Positions 30,579 through 40,403 of a stretch of DNA of 64,000 nt are shown one piece after another. Both the position numbers and the translations under genes were made by a program. Under the pieces are notes generated by a model. That model saw nothing but the letters and a program-made list of their open reading frames with translations. It was not told the DNA's origin and made no database searches. Numbering within the stretch: position 1 is the stretch's first letter; the number at the start of each line of letters is the position of its first letter. This stretch comes from an uncultured Candidatus Saccharibacteria bacterium. GTDB lineage: Bacteria; Patescibacteriota; Dojkabacteria; JAOAGR01. The stretch is from positions 32,686 to 96,685 of the forward strand of contig CAZDBO010000003.1 in NCBI GenBank assembly GCA_964503755.1, read 5' to 3'.

Positions 30579-30803
30579 ATGGAAGAATTAAAATATATAG
30601 CAATAGCATTAGCGATCGGACTTGGTACACTTGGTCCAGGTATAGGCTTAGGTTTAACAGCATCAAAAGCTGTTGAGGCCTTGGGCAGAAACCCTGAAGT
30701 AGAAAATAAAATAAGAACCTTAATGATCTTGGGTATGGGTTTGATTGAAGTTTTGGCTATTTTTGCATTGGTCATAGCTTTCTTGATCGCCTTCGTACTA
30801 TAA
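30579..30803 (+). CDS. atpE: F0F1 ATP synthase subunit c
   Basis: 74-aa hairpin proteolipid, GxGxGxG N-terminal helix, conserved carboxylate in GLIEVLAIF. Confidence 0.9.
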   Translation: MEELKYIAIALAIGLGTLGPGIGLGLTASKAVEALGRNPEVENKIRTLMILGMGLIEVLAIFALVIAFLIAFVL

Positions 30804-30823
30804 AAATAAGAATTAAATAAAAC

Positions 30824-31312
30824 ATGGAAGCACTTGGATTAAATTTAGTACAAATAGTTAGTTATACTGTCATATTTTTACTGTTTTATATAATTTCAAA
30901 AAGATTTATTAATAACTTTTTTAAGGTTGTTGAAGAACGTCAATCAAGTATTAGAGAAGGATTAGAGAATGCACAAAAAGCTAAAGTATTAAAAGAAGAG
31001 ATAGTCTCAGAAGCACAGAAAGAAAGTCAAAAAATATTAGAACAAGCTTATCTAGAAGCCAAAAATATTATTAACAACGCAAAAGAAAAAGAGCAAAAAA
31101 TAATTGCTGAAGCTGAAAAAAAATATGAAGGCATCATCCTACATGCACGTGATGATATAGAAAAAATGAAAGAAAAAGCTAAACAAGAAGGTCTAAAAGA
31201 AGCCGAATCAATTATTAAGTATGCCATAAATCAAGCTTTTAGAGAGATACAATTAACTGAAGAACAACATAAAGAATTTATTAAAAAGTCATTAGATTTG
31301 ATTAAAAAATGA
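30824..31312 (+). CDS. atpF: F0F1 ATP synthase subunit b
   Basis: Single N-terminal TM plus long charged helix (EEAQKESQKILEQAYLEAKN...). Confidence 0.8.
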   Translation: MEALGLNLVQIVSYTVIFLLFYIISKRFINNFFKVVEERQSSIREGLENAQKAKVLKEEIVSEAQKESQKILEQAYLEAKNIINNAKEKEQKIIAEAEKKYEGIILHARDDIEKMKEKAKQEGLKEAESIIKYAINQAFREIQLTEEQHKEFIKKSLDLIKK

Positions 31313-31509
31313 AAGCATATATTTATTCTAAAATCGAATTAGATAGTGAAACAAAGTCATTAGTACAAAGTTTTATTAAAGATAAATATCAGATAAATGA
31401 ATTTCAATACGAAATCGACCAAGAAATAACAGCAGGTATAAAAATAAAAATTGGGGGAAAAGTAATTGACCTTACTTCTAATTTAATACTAGAAAATATA
31501 CTATCATAA
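31309..31509 (+). CDS. atpH: F0F1 ATP synthase subunit delta, truncated (C-terminal domain only, 66 aa)
   Basis: ...ITAGIKIKIGGKVIDLTSNLILENILS matches the delta C-terminal signature (LIGG..IR.GD.VIDGS....L..L); ATGA overlap with atpF; no N-terminal helical bundle. Confidence 0.55.
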   Translation: MKAYIYSKIELDSETKSLVQSFIKDKYQINEFQYEIDQEITAGIKIKIGGKVIDLTSNLILENILS

Positions 31510-31516
31510 ATAGTTT

Positions 31517-33049
31517 ATGTTACTTGAGAAAATAAAAAAGGAAAAAAATCAAGCCAGTCCAAACATTGTCTATTCTGAAGGAAAAATTATCAAATGTTAT
31601 GATGGAATCATAATTGCTGATGGACTAGATACTGTAGGATATTTTGAGATTGTCAAAATTTATCTAAATGAAAACGAATTTGTCAAAGGTATAGCAGTTG
31701 ATCTCAGACAAGATGAAGTGGGAATTATTCCCTTAGAAGATACTACAAATGTCAAAATAGGATTAAGAGTAGTTACCACAGGCCAAAAATATACTATCCC
31801 CTGTTCTCAAGCATTTCTTGGAAGAATTATTGATATATTAGGCAATCCTATTGATGGAAATGGAGATATTTTACATACAGATCCCAAATACCAACTTGTT
31901 GAAAGAAAAGCACACGGTGTTATAGAAAGAAAATCTGTTAATGTACCATTATTGACTGGCATTACAGCAATAGATGCTCTAGTACCAATCGGTAGAGGTC
32001 AACGTGAATTAATAATAGGTGATAGGCAAACAGGAAAAACATCTCTTGCAATAGATATAATTATTAATCAAGCTAAGATCAATAATAAAATAGAAAACGG
32101 CGAAGAAAATGGTAAAAAAGTTTATAGCATATATGTCGCTGTTGGACAAAAAAGATCTAAATTAGTACAAATTGTAAATACTTTGAGAAAATTTGATGCG
32201 TTGAAATATACAATTATTGTTGCTGCCACAGCATCAGAACCTGCACAAAAGCAGTTTTTAGCACCATTTGTAGGTACCGCAATAAGTGAATACTTCATGG
32301 AAAACGGAAATGATGCTCTTATTGTTTATGATGATCTGACAAAACATGCCAAAGCTTATCGACAGATATCTCTACTTTTACGCAGACCACCAGGTCGTGA
32401 AGCTTACCCTGGAGATATTTTTTATTTACATTCAAGACTTTTAGAACGTTCTGCAAGATTGTCAGATGAACTTGGTGGCGGATCTTTAACAGCATTACCG
32501 ATCATCGAGACACAGGCAGGTGATGTATCTGCTTATATTCCTACAAATGTGATTTCTATTACTGATGGACAGATATATCTTAAATCTGAATTGTTCAATT
32601 CGGGCCAGAAACCTGCTGTCGATGTAGGTCTATCTGTATCAAGAGTCGGTGGTTCTGCTCAATATAAAGCCATAAAACAAGTAGCAGGTTCTTTACGTAT
32701 TACTTTAGCTCAATTTAGAGAACTTATTAGTTTTGTTCAGTTTGGAGTTGAGGTAGACAAAATTACTCAAAGCCGTATTGATATGGGGTTAAAATATACA
32801 GAAGCATTAAAACAAGGATTGCATGAATTATTTTCTATGCCAGAACAAGTAGTAATTTTATGGGCAATGAAAAATGGCTATTCTAATGATATAGAAAAAA
32901 GTCAAACACAGTCTTGGGTTCGACGTCTTTTAGAATTTATCAATGACCATTATCAAGAACAAATAATCAACAAAATAAATACAGAAAAGTCAATCACTGA
33001 CGAAATAGAAAATAATTTACATCAAGCCTTAAAAAATTTTAAATTTTAA
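31517..33049 (+). CDS. atpA: F0F1 ATP synthase subunit alpha
   Basis: P-loop GDRQTGKTS, conserved alpha catalytic-site residues; contains an insertion of about 20 aa (KINNKIENGEENGKKVYS). Confidence 0.95.
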   Translation: MLLEKIKKEKNQASPNIVYSEGKIIKCYDGIIIADGLDTVGYFEIVKIYLNENEFVKGIAVDLRQDEVGIIPLEDTTNVKIGLRVVTTGQKYTIPCSQAFLGRIIDILGNPIDGNGDILHTDPKYQLVERKAHGVIERKSVNVPLLTGITAIDALVPIGRGQRELIIGDRQTGKTSLAIDIIINQAKINNKIENGEENGKKVYSIYVAVGQKRSKLVQIVNTLRKFDALKYTIIVAATASEPAQKQFLAPFVGTAISEYFMENGNDALIVYDDLTKHAKAYRQISLLLRRPPGREAYPGDIFYLHSRLLERSARLSDELGGGSLTALPIIETQAGDVSAYIPTNVISITDGQIYLKSELFNSGQKPAVDVGLSVSRVGGSAQYKAIKQVAGSLRITLAQFRELISFVQFGVEVDKITQSRIDMGLKYTEALKQGLHELFSMPEQVVILWAMKNGYSNDIEKSQTQSWVRRLLEFINDHYQEQIINKINTEKSITDEIENNLHQALKNFKF

Positions 33050-33051
33050 AA

Positions 33052-33930
33052 GTGTCAGCATTACTCAATATTCAAAATAAAATAAGGGCGACGAAAAATA
33101 CAGCACAGCTCACTAAGGCTTTGGAAATGATATCTGTAACCAAGCAAAAAAAAGCCCGTGAATATATGATTTTCAATTCTGCACTTAGAGATGGTATTAG
33201 GAAGATAATTAATCAATTATACTTTCAAGAGAAATTAAAGAATTTAGGCAATGAAATATTACCAAAATATTTTCGAAAAAAATTAGAATCAAACAGACAT
33301 TTAGTAATTTTGATAATGTCCCAAAGGGGACTTTGTGGGAGCATAAATACACAATTGATCCAAAAGTTAATAAATTACAAAAAACACATACTTAGTGAAA
33401 ACAAAAATATTGAATTCGATATAATCACGGTAAATAAATATGCTCAAAAAATTTCCAAATCGTTAGACTATAATATAATAGCCTACTTTGACAGTATAAA
33501 GGATCTTCCATCAATCGAGGATACACTACCCATATCTGATTTAATAAAAAAACTATACGATGAATACGAGACTATACATATAGCATATACCCAATTTGTT
33601 AAACCTGCACGGACAACACCAACGGTAAGACCTATATTACCAATCAGTGTATCTACAGGATGGAAAGAAAATGATCTATCCTCTACTCCATACGTAATTG
33701 AACCAAATCCTATCACCGTGTTAGAAGAAATAGTAAGATTATATATTGATTTGGAAATCCATTATGCTATTCTAACATCACAAGCTTCAGAGCACACTTC
33801 ACGTATGATTGCTATGAAAAAAGCTTCGGACAATACCAAAAACTTAGTAAAAAATTTAACACTTTTGTATAACAAGGAGCGACAAGCTAAAATTACTAAA
33901 CAAACTATTGAAATCACATCATCTATATGA
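33052..33930 (+). CDS. atpG: F0F1 ATP synthase subunit gamma
   Basis: N-terminal IRATKNTAQLTKALEMISVTK and C-terminal ...ITKQTIEI helices typical of gamma. Confidence 0.85.
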   Translation: MSALLNIQNKIRATKNTAQLTKALEMISVTKQKKAREYMIFNSALRDGIRKIINQLYFQEKLKNLGNEILPKYFRKKLESNRHLVILIMSQRGLCGSINTQLIQKLINYKKHILSENKNIEFDIITVNKYAQKISKSLDYNIIAYFDSIKDLPSIEDTLPISDLIKKLYDEYETIHIAYTQFVKPARTTPTVRPILPISVSTGWKENDLSSTPYVIEPNPITVLEEIVRLYIDLEIHYAILTSQASEHTSRMIAMKKASDNTKNLVKNLTLLYNKERQAKITKQTIEITSSI

Positions 33931-34523
33931 GATTAATAAGCAACTATGATATTTCAATTTTTGTATCTATTTTAGGATTAATTTTTTCAATATTAGGGAT
34001 ATTAGTATCTTTTATTTTATCCTTAGAATATCTAACAATCTTATCAAATCAAACTAAAACTTTAAGCTGTGATATCAATGCACAGATCAGCTGTAGCAGT
34101 GTCATGTTATCAAATCAAGCTAGAGTATTTTTTAACATACCAAATACATATTTCGGATTTATATTTTACTCTATAATGCTTACTTTTTTTATAATAAATA
34201 TATTTGAGAAGATTAACAATAGGATTTTAAATTCAATTTTTTTTCTAATTAGTCTAATAGGAATTATATTTTCTGCATGGTTGATGCAACAAAGTATATT
34301 TGCAATCGGTTCTTTGTGTCCATACTGTATTGTGTCATTTATTTCGGCCTCTTGTATATTTTTTGCAGCTTTATATTTAACTATAAAAAATCTAAAAACA
34401 TCATTACCGCTTGTATTAAAAACACAAGACTTTCTATTCGATAAAAAATGGATATTTTTCTTTATTTTTGCTTGGTTCTTCGTTTGGACATTAATAATTT
34501 TTATTAAATATAGAACACTTTAA
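33927..34523 (+). CDS. Vitamin K epoxide reductase (VKOR) family membrane protein (DsbB analogue)
   Basis: Loop cysteine pair LSCDINAQISCSSV plus TM CxxC (SLCPYCIVSF) in a 5-TM protein. Confidence 0.65.
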   Translation: MRLISNYDISIFVSILGLIFSILGILVSFILSLEYLTILSNQTKTLSCDINAQISCSSVMLSNQARVFFNIPNTYFGFIFYSIMLTFFIINIFEKINNRILNSIFFLISLIGIIFSAWLMQQSIFAIGSLCPYCIVSFISASCIFFAALYLTIKNLKTSLPLVLKTQDFLFDKKWIFFFIFAWFFVWTLIIFIKYRTL

Positions 34524-34603
34524 CCTATTGAAATTAATGTAACTCATATATACAATATATTTGGCAGACAAAAACAAAGTCTGCTAAAACAATACGTCGG
34601 CCT

Positions 34604-35041
34604 ATGAAAAGAGGACTAAAAATAATAAATCCATGGATCAACAGGGATCCATTTAGCATATTTAATGAACTAGTTGGTGCAAGCATTGCACCGATGTCAT
34701 CTGATGATGACACATACACATCAATTCTTCCATTAAATCTGGAAGAAAAAGAAGATAGATACATAGTTACCGTTCACGTTCCTGGTATACCAGTAGAAAA
34801 TATAGATATTTCTCTCAACAACAACGTCTTGACGATATCTGCTCACTATAAAGAGGAAAATGAAGAAAACTCAAAATATCACATTAGAGAGATATATGAA
34901 TCATCTTTTGTGAGATCAATTGTACTACCAGGAAAAGTGAACGAAGAAAAAATAGAAGCAAGTTGCAAAGATGGAGTTTTAAAGGTAGTATTACCGAAGT
35001 ATCAACAAGACAGTATAAAGAAGATCAAGATTAACTCATAA
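34604..35041 (+). CDS. Hsp20/alpha-crystallin family small heat-shock protein
   Basis: Alpha-crystallin domain DRYIVTVHVPGIPVENIDISLNNNVLTISA...SFVRSIVLP. Confidence 0.85.
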   Translation: MKRGLKIINPWINRDPFSIFNELVGASIAPMSSDDDTYTSILPLNLEEKEDRYIVTVHVPGIPVENIDISLNNNVLTISAHYKEENEENSKYHIREIYESSFVRSIVLPGKVNEEKIEASCKDGVLKVVLPKYQQDSIKKIKINS

Positions 35042-35066
35042 TCATAACAAAAATAATATTGAAATA

Positions 35067-35096
35067 CGACCTCCTCGTAAGAGGAGGTTTTATTTT
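35067..35096 (+). terminator. Rho-independent terminator after hsp20
   Basis: GACCTCCTC-gtaa-GAGGAGGTT followed by TTATTTT. Confidence 0.75.
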
Positions 35097-37425
35097 ATAT
35101 ATTGAAGAATCTTGTGTACATCATTGGTTCCTCAAACTTACCAAGTTGGACTATATTTTGCCAAATATTCTCTGTTACAAAGGGGACGAAAGGATGCAAC
35201 ATATACAGATATTTTTTCAAAATAAAATATATAGATGTCTGTGTCGCACGTCTGATATCTTCGCTAACTTTATAATTACCTGTATTTCTATCCTTTAGTA
35301 ATCTATTTTTTGTATCTTCGATATATTTATCACAAAATTCATGCCAAAAACCCTGATAAAGCTCTTCTGTCAAAATACCAAACCTATATTTAGAAAATAA
35401 ACTATGATAGCGATTCTCAAATTGATCTATATAATCTAGAAATTCGTTATCTTTTGAATCTAGATTCCATCCTTTATCCGAAATAAACTTTTTTAGTTCT
35501 GATACATTATTAATGTTATTTAATTCATCAAAATACTGATAATCCTCCAAATTCATACTGACAAACTTACTAGCATTCCAAATCTTATTATTAAAATTTC
35601 TGAATATGGTCAACTTATCATACGTAATAGCATAAGATCTTCCTGCTTTATTTTGATAAAAACAACAAAGCCGAAAAGAATCAATCCCATAATTTTGAAT
35701 TATTTCATCTAATGAGACTGTATTTCCTCTAGACTTACTCATTTTTTGTCCATCCGTACCTTTCACAAGTCCCGTCAGATATAAGTTACGAAAAGGAACA
35801 TCGCGATACTTCGCCCAACTAAAGAGCATCATTGTCAGATCCCATTTGACCAACAGATCACTTCCTGACACTAGCACATCTGTGGGATAATTAGTGTCAA
35901 AAAGACCATAAGTTCTAAGCGTCAAATATGGCCATTGTCCCGAAGAAAACCAAGTATCCAATATATCATCATCTTGTTTCCATCCATCACCCGGCGAATC
36001 AATCTGCACTCTCATATGATCTGGATTTTTAGGATCAAAATCATGCCATTCATTATTAATATTTATCAATACTTTAACATGCCCATCACCATCGATTGTT
36101 TCTTTTAAATCACCAGCATACCATACCGGAAGCCTATATCCCCACCACAAATTACGTGATATAGCCCAATCGCGCATCTTATTTACCCAATCATAGAAAC
36201 GTCCCAACATATTTTGAGGATGTACATCTACAGCCTTGGTACGAACCATATCTCTTAATGAATCTTTAAACTCAGAAACATCCATAAACCACTGTGAAGT
36301 AATCATCGGCTCTATAATCGCTTTCGTTCTATCCGAAATAACAACATTCTGTTCTACCTCTTCAATTTTTTCTATATGTCCTTTTTCATGCAACTCATTT
36401 ATTAGTTCATCTATGACCGAATATACACTTTTTCCCTTATAATGAGATGGAACACAACCACAATAACACAATTCTTTGTCAATGACATTCACAATATCAA
36501 TTTTTTTATCAGGATTTTCACGATTCCATTCAGTCATTATCTCCCAATCCTCATTAGCATGTGCCGGTGTTACTTTTAATATTCCAGTGCCAAAATCTTT
36601 AACTACTCTTTTAGATGATATTATTGGAATTCTTTTGTTTGTTATTGGGATTCTAATATACTTTCCAATAAGATGCCTGTATCTGTCGTCATCAGGATTT
36701 ATTGCAACAGCAGTATCCGCAAAAATAGTCTCTGGTCGAGTAGTTGCTATTACTAAGAAATCGCTACTACCACTGTTTGCATCATATAAGTAATATTTTA
36801 TGTAATATAGTTTAGCTCTTCTTGTTTTTCTCGCACATTGATTGTCAGGTATTGTGGACTTTGCAACAGGATCCCAATTAACAATTCTGACCCCTTTATA
36901 TATCAATCCGCGATTATAAAGCTCTATAAAAGTCTCCAATACCATATTTACAACTCGCTGATCCAATGTATATAGATCTTTCTCAAAATCTGCGGACAAG
37001 CCTACTCTTTTCTCATCTTCTTGTATAATCTTCTGAAACTTTGCCTGATGTTCCCATACCATTTGATAAAACTCATCTCTAGAAAAATCAAATTTACTTT
37101 TACCTTGTTTATCCAAAACATCTTTAATAAAAGTAGCTTCACCCTCCAATCCAGCATGATCTTTGCCTGTAATCATAACTACATGTTTACCAATCATTCT
37201 GTTATATCGAGCCATCGCATCCATATAAGCATAACCAGATAGATTACCAATATGAGGACGATCATATGCATTTGGTGGTGGACAAATCAAAGTCCATGAA
37301 CCATTAAATGGAATGTTATTTTTAGGTTTATATTCCGTTGAAAAAAAGTTTTTAGAGTGCCAAAAATTTAATATTTGTTCTTCAGAATTTTGATAGTCGT
37401 ATTGCCCTTTTGGTAAAATTTTCAT
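35095..37425 (-). CDS. valS: Valyl-tRNA synthetase lacking the C-terminal coiled-coil domain; HIGH motif reads HIGN
   Basis: PPPNA...HIGN, TGKDHAGL, LIYKGVRIVNWDP, VIATTRPETIFADTAVAINPDD, WAISRNLWWGYRLPVWY, DTWFSSGQWPY, GQKMSKSRGN all align with ValRS; 776 aa. Confidence 0.9.
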   Translation of the reverse strand: MKILPKGQYDYQNSEEQILNFWHSKNFFSTEYKPKNNIPFNGSWTLICPPPNAYDRPHIGNLSGYAYMDAMARYNRMIGKHVVMITGKDHAGLEGEATFIKDVLDKQGKSKFDFSRDEFYQMVWEHQAKFQKIIQEDEKRVGLSADFEKDLYTLDQRVVNMVLETFIELYNRGLIYKGVRIVNWDPVAKSTIPDNQCARKTRRAKLYYIKYYLYDANSGSSDFLVIATTRPETIFADTAVAINPDDDRYRHLIGKYIRIPITNKRIPIISSKRVVKDFGTGILKVTPAHANEDWEIMTEWNRENPDKKIDIVNVIDKELCYCGCVPSHYKGKSVYSVIDELINELHEKGHIEKIEEVEQNVVISDRTKAIIEPMITSQWFMDVSEFKDSLRDMVRTKAVDVHPQNMLGRFYDWVNKMRDWAISRNLWWGYRLPVWYAGDLKETIDGDGHVKVLININNEWHDFDPKNPDHMRVQIDSPGDGWKQDDDILDTWFSSGQWPYLTLRTYGLFDTNYPTDVLVSGSDLLVKWDLTMMLFSWAKYRDVPFRNLYLTGLVKGTDGQKMSKSRGNTVSLDEIIQNYGIDSFRLCCFYQNKAGRSYAITYDKLTIFRNFNNKIWNASKFVSMNLEDYQYFDELNNINNVSELKKFISDKGWNLDSKDNEFLDYIDQFENRYHSLFSKYRFGILTEELYQGFWHEFCDKYIEDTKNRLLKDRNTGNYKVSEDIRRATQTSIYFILKKYLYMLHPFVPFVTENIWQNIVQLGKFEEPMMYTRFFNI

Positions 37426-37456
37426 AAACTTAGTATATTAAATCAAAATAGATATA

Positions 37457-38140
37457 TCAATATTTATGGCTAGTTAATTTTGTATATATTTCTTTATAAT
37501 TTTCAATTTTAAAATCTGCTAAATGAGATTTTTTCTTACCAACCAGACAGGTTATAACATTACTTTTCTTACCTGCCAAGATACCGAAGGTACTATCATC
37601 AAAAAGTATAGTCGAACTATTTTCTACGTTCGTAATATCTAAAATCTTATTTATTCCCTCAGGATCAGGTTTTGTATTAATAACATCATCACCTGTAATA
37701 ACAACATCAAAATATCTGTTCCACCCTAGATGACCAAGAATCATATTCGTAATTTTTTTATTACTGCGTGTAAATAATGCGATTTTTTTTTGATTGATCT
37801 TTAAGTATTCGATAAATTCTCTCGCAAAAACTGAAGTAGGTATATTTTCTGAAGTAAATATTTTATTTGTAATATAATAATCAAAAAATGTTTTTAATTT
37901 GGTAAAATCTATTTCGACACCTTTATGAACTAAATATCTTTGTAAAGCGGCAAAGACATCATTTAAATCTGAGTATCTAATTATTTTAACAGCATTTTTA
38001 TAATTTATCTTTATTTCTAACTCATTTATCAATAAAGTTTTAACGATGGCCACACCAAACCATCTCGGTCTTACTAAAGTACCATTTAGATCAAATATAA
38101 AAAGCTTAGAATCCTCAATACAAGATATAAAAGATTTCAT
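37457..38140 (-). CDS. HAD-superfamily hydrolase (phosphatase)
   Basis: Motif I FIFDLNGTLV, motif III K (KKIALFTRS), motif IV GDDVINTKPDP. Confidence 0.7.
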   Translation of the reverse strand: MKSFISCIEDSKLFIFDLNGTLVRPRWFGVAIVKTLLINELEIKINYKNAVKIIRYSDLNDVFAALQRYLVHKGVEIDFTKLKTFFDYYITNKIFTSENIPTSVFAREFIEYLKINQKKIALFTRSNKKITNMILGHLGWNRYFDVVITGDDVINTKPDPEGINKILDITNVENSSTILFDDSTFGILAGKKSNVITCLVGKKKSHLADFKIENYKEIYTKLTSHKY

Positions 38141-38323
38141 TCTTAATATTATAAATTATACACTCCTGTAACTTTAAATTTTCACATTTCTAAGTTAAAA
38201 AATTTTAGCTAATACTCAATTATAAGATTTAATATATAATTTTTTAACTTTAAACATTAATCTACAAAATTAGTAACATAATCTGAATATTTAATGCATA
38301 AACAAAAGTATTTAAAATAAATT

Positions 38324-38638
38324 ATGACTTCCAACAGTCGTCAGAGAGTTTACGAAATAGTTAAGCTTATTCCAAAAGGAAAAATCATGTCATTTAGTCA
38401 GATCGGCAGGCTCACCGGTCTACATCCTCGTACAGTAGGAAATATTCTCACCACCATGCAAAGTGAAGATTTAGAAAAAATACCATGGCATCGTGTTGTA
38501 AATAATAAAGGATATATTAGCTCAATAAAACTTGGTCTAAAGGGAAAAATACAAGAGAATTTACTTAGAAAAGAAGGTCTAAAGATAATAGACTATCAAA
38601 TCATAGACTATGAAAAATATTGGCATCAAATTGACTAA
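38324..38638 (+). CDS. Alkyltransferase-like protein (MGMT/Ogt DNA-binding domain with Trp replacing the active-site Cys)
   Basis: HTH region plus PWHRVV in place of PCHRV. Confidence 0.7.
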   Translation: MTSNSRQRVYEIVKLIPKGKIMSFSQIGRLTGLHPRTVGNILTTMQSEDLEKIPWHRVVNNKGYISSIKLGLKGKIQENLLRKEGLKIIDYQIIDYEKYWHQID

Positions 38639-38937
38639 TCTTCAGGATAAATTCTTACCCAAGTACCGTCTTCATATTTTTCAACAATAATTGCAAGTAC
38701 TGGACAAACCATTGCAGATTTTTTCAACCTCTCAAGACCTCTTTCCGTAACCAATACTTCTACCCACTCTCCATCTCTAGCTTTAGCAACCACATCATCA
38801 ATATTCACAGTATCATTTGGTATCGCTTTGCCATCATCATCTAAAATATATAATTCTGGTTCTACTGCAATACAGGTCATTGCAGGTACACATAAGTTTT
38901 TATCTACTTTATATCTGCATCTGATATTAGCCTCCAT
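38635..38937 (-). CDS. Small single-cluster ferredoxin
   Basis: Cys spacing C-x4-C-x4-C ... C-P (CRYKVDKNLCVPAMTC ... MVCPVLAI) as in Pyrococcus-type 4Fe/3Fe ferredoxins. Confidence 0.55.
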   Translation of the reverse strand: MEANIRCRYKVDKNLCVPAMTCIAVEPELYILDDDGKAIPNDTVNIDDVVAKARDGEWVEVLVTERGLERLKKSAMVCPVLAIIVEKYEDGTWVRIYPED

Positions 38938-38942
38938 AGCTA

Positions 38943-39413
38943 TTATTCTAATTTATTAGATTCATTTTTACCAACAGATTGTACCATTTCATAAATTTTA
39001 CCTAATATTCCGGCAACTTTTTTTGTATATATATCCGCACCAAAATCTCTCAAAAGCTCGATAGCTTCATCCACTGCTACCTTTGGTGGAGTTATGCAAG
39101 CATCGAATCCTTCATATATAGCCAATCTTAAAACAACCAAACTAAGATGATCTAAATCTTTTGATTTTACAGGTGAAGAGTACGTATCAATATAAGAATC
39201 AAGTCGATCTTTTCTGTCTTTTAATCCATTTAATAATTTTTCAACCAATTTTTTGGAATAGTTAATATTCTGTGTTGAACTAGTTTTTTCCAAGATTTGT
39301 AATATCTCTGGAAAAGTGAATTCTCCATATCCCAAATTATAGTAAAAATTCTGATACAAAAACATTACACATAAAATCCTAGATACATGTCTTGGATCGC
39401 TTAGAGAACGCAT
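38943..39413 (-). CDS. nusB: Transcription antitermination factor NusB
   Basis: All-helical, about 150 aa; LDHLSLVVLRLAIYE and R-rich N-terminus typical of NusB. Confidence 0.65.
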   Translation of the reverse strand: MRSLSDPRHVSRILCVMFLYQNFYYNLGYGEFTFPEILQILEKTSSTQNINYSKKLVEKLLNGLKDRKDRLDSYIDTYSSPVKSKDLDHLSLVVLRLAIYEGFDACITPPKVAVDEAIELLRDFGADIYTKKVAGILGKIYEMVQSVGKNESNKLE

Positions 39414-39415
39414 AA

Positions 39416-39604
39416 TTAAATAGCTTTTCTAACAAGCAGACCTTTATAATAACCACAATTAGAACATACTCTGTGAGGTTTTTTGAGTGACCCGCAATTA
39501 GGACATTTTGATAAACTAACTAATTCTTTTGCAATCCTTACGTGGTGTGATCTCCTATTATTTCTTCTAGACTTACTATGTCTTTTTTTTGGTAATGCAG
39601 CCAT
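39416..39604 (-). CDS. rpmF: 50S ribosomal protein L32
   Basis: MAALPKKRHSKSRRNNRRSHH...CPNCG...CSNCGYYKG zinc ribbon. Confidence 0.9.
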   Translation of the reverse strand: MAALPKKRHSKSRRNNRRSHHVRIAKELVSLSKCPNCGSLKKPHRVCSNCGYYKGLLVRKAI

Positions 39605-39705
39605 AATTACTAAACTAAATAAATGTCAATGGATTTTAACACACTAAATCTTAATTTCCAATTTTTATATTAAAACAAAATTTTTAATAATCAAAATATT
39701 TCTAT

Positions 39706-40398
39706 TTAAAAACCACAGACTTCTTTCTTTCCCGCAAGATAACTTGCTATTTTATTTTTATCATTTATTTCGAAAGCGATAGCAACCTGAGATGTACAAC
39801 CTTGTTTTGAGCCACTTCCTAACCTTTTTTTGCAAACTAAAACATTTGATTCTTTAAAACCCTCAACAACCCCAGTCTTCGAGTACATATCATTAAATAA
39901 ATACATATCATAGTATTCAATAGAACATTGATATCCTCTTGATTCTAAAGCCATTCTTACTTTTTGAGGATCGAATTCAAATCTATCCAATTCTATACCT
40001 TTCAATATTTTTGAAGCTAGCTCTTCCCTAGAGGATGCAGCAAGAAGCTCTCTTTCGTTTGCGCCATTTATCAAGTTATAAACAAGAAATCCACCTCCTA
40101 TACATAAAGCAACCAATATACAAAATACAAACACTCCAATAAGAACATAAAACATAGTTTCATTATTACCTTTCATTAAATCATTAAATGAATTAGAAAA
40201 ACTCTTTGTGGGCACTGTTTGGGTTGTCTGCATCATATTCGTAAATTGGCTTTGTGATTCCAAATAACCTGTATTACTAAACCCTGTTTGTGGATTTGGA
40301 TTCATTTGCGTTGTCTGTTGCATTGTGAACTCTTGTCCACTATTCATTGGAACAGTACTTGGTGCGCCCTGATTATTTATTGCATTTTGATTGTCCAT
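39706..40398 (-). CDS. Hypothetical protein: Q/N/T-rich disordered N-terminus, single TM, Cys-containing C-terminal domain
   Basis: 230-aa ORF; no recognisable family. Confidence 0.4.
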   Translation of the reverse strand: MDNQNAINNQGAPSTVPMNSGQEFTMQQTTQMNPNPQTGFSNTGYLESQSQFTNMMQTTQTVPTKSFSNSFNDLMKGNNETMFYVLIGVFVFCILVALCIGGGFLVYNLINGANERELLAASSREELASKILKGIELDRFEFDPQKVRMALESRGYQCSIEYYDMYLFNDMYSKTGVVEGFKESNVLVCKKRLGSGSKQGCTSQVAIAFEINDKNKIASYLAGKKEVCGF

Positions 40399-40403
40399 AT
40401 ATA

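Noticed and set aside
31309-31509. Possibility that the 66-aa ORF is a spurious ORF between atpF and atpA
   Set aside because: Its C-terminus matches the conserved delta C-terminal signature, it is translationally coupled (ATGA) to atpF, and it sits exactly where atpH belongs. It is kept as a truncated delta.
35095-37425. Initial reading of this synthetase as LeuRS
   Set aside because: The motifs PPPN, TDHAG-like, VIATTRPET..., WDP and the ValRS-type KMSKS context match ValRS block-by-block. LeuRS/IleRS signature blocks are absent.
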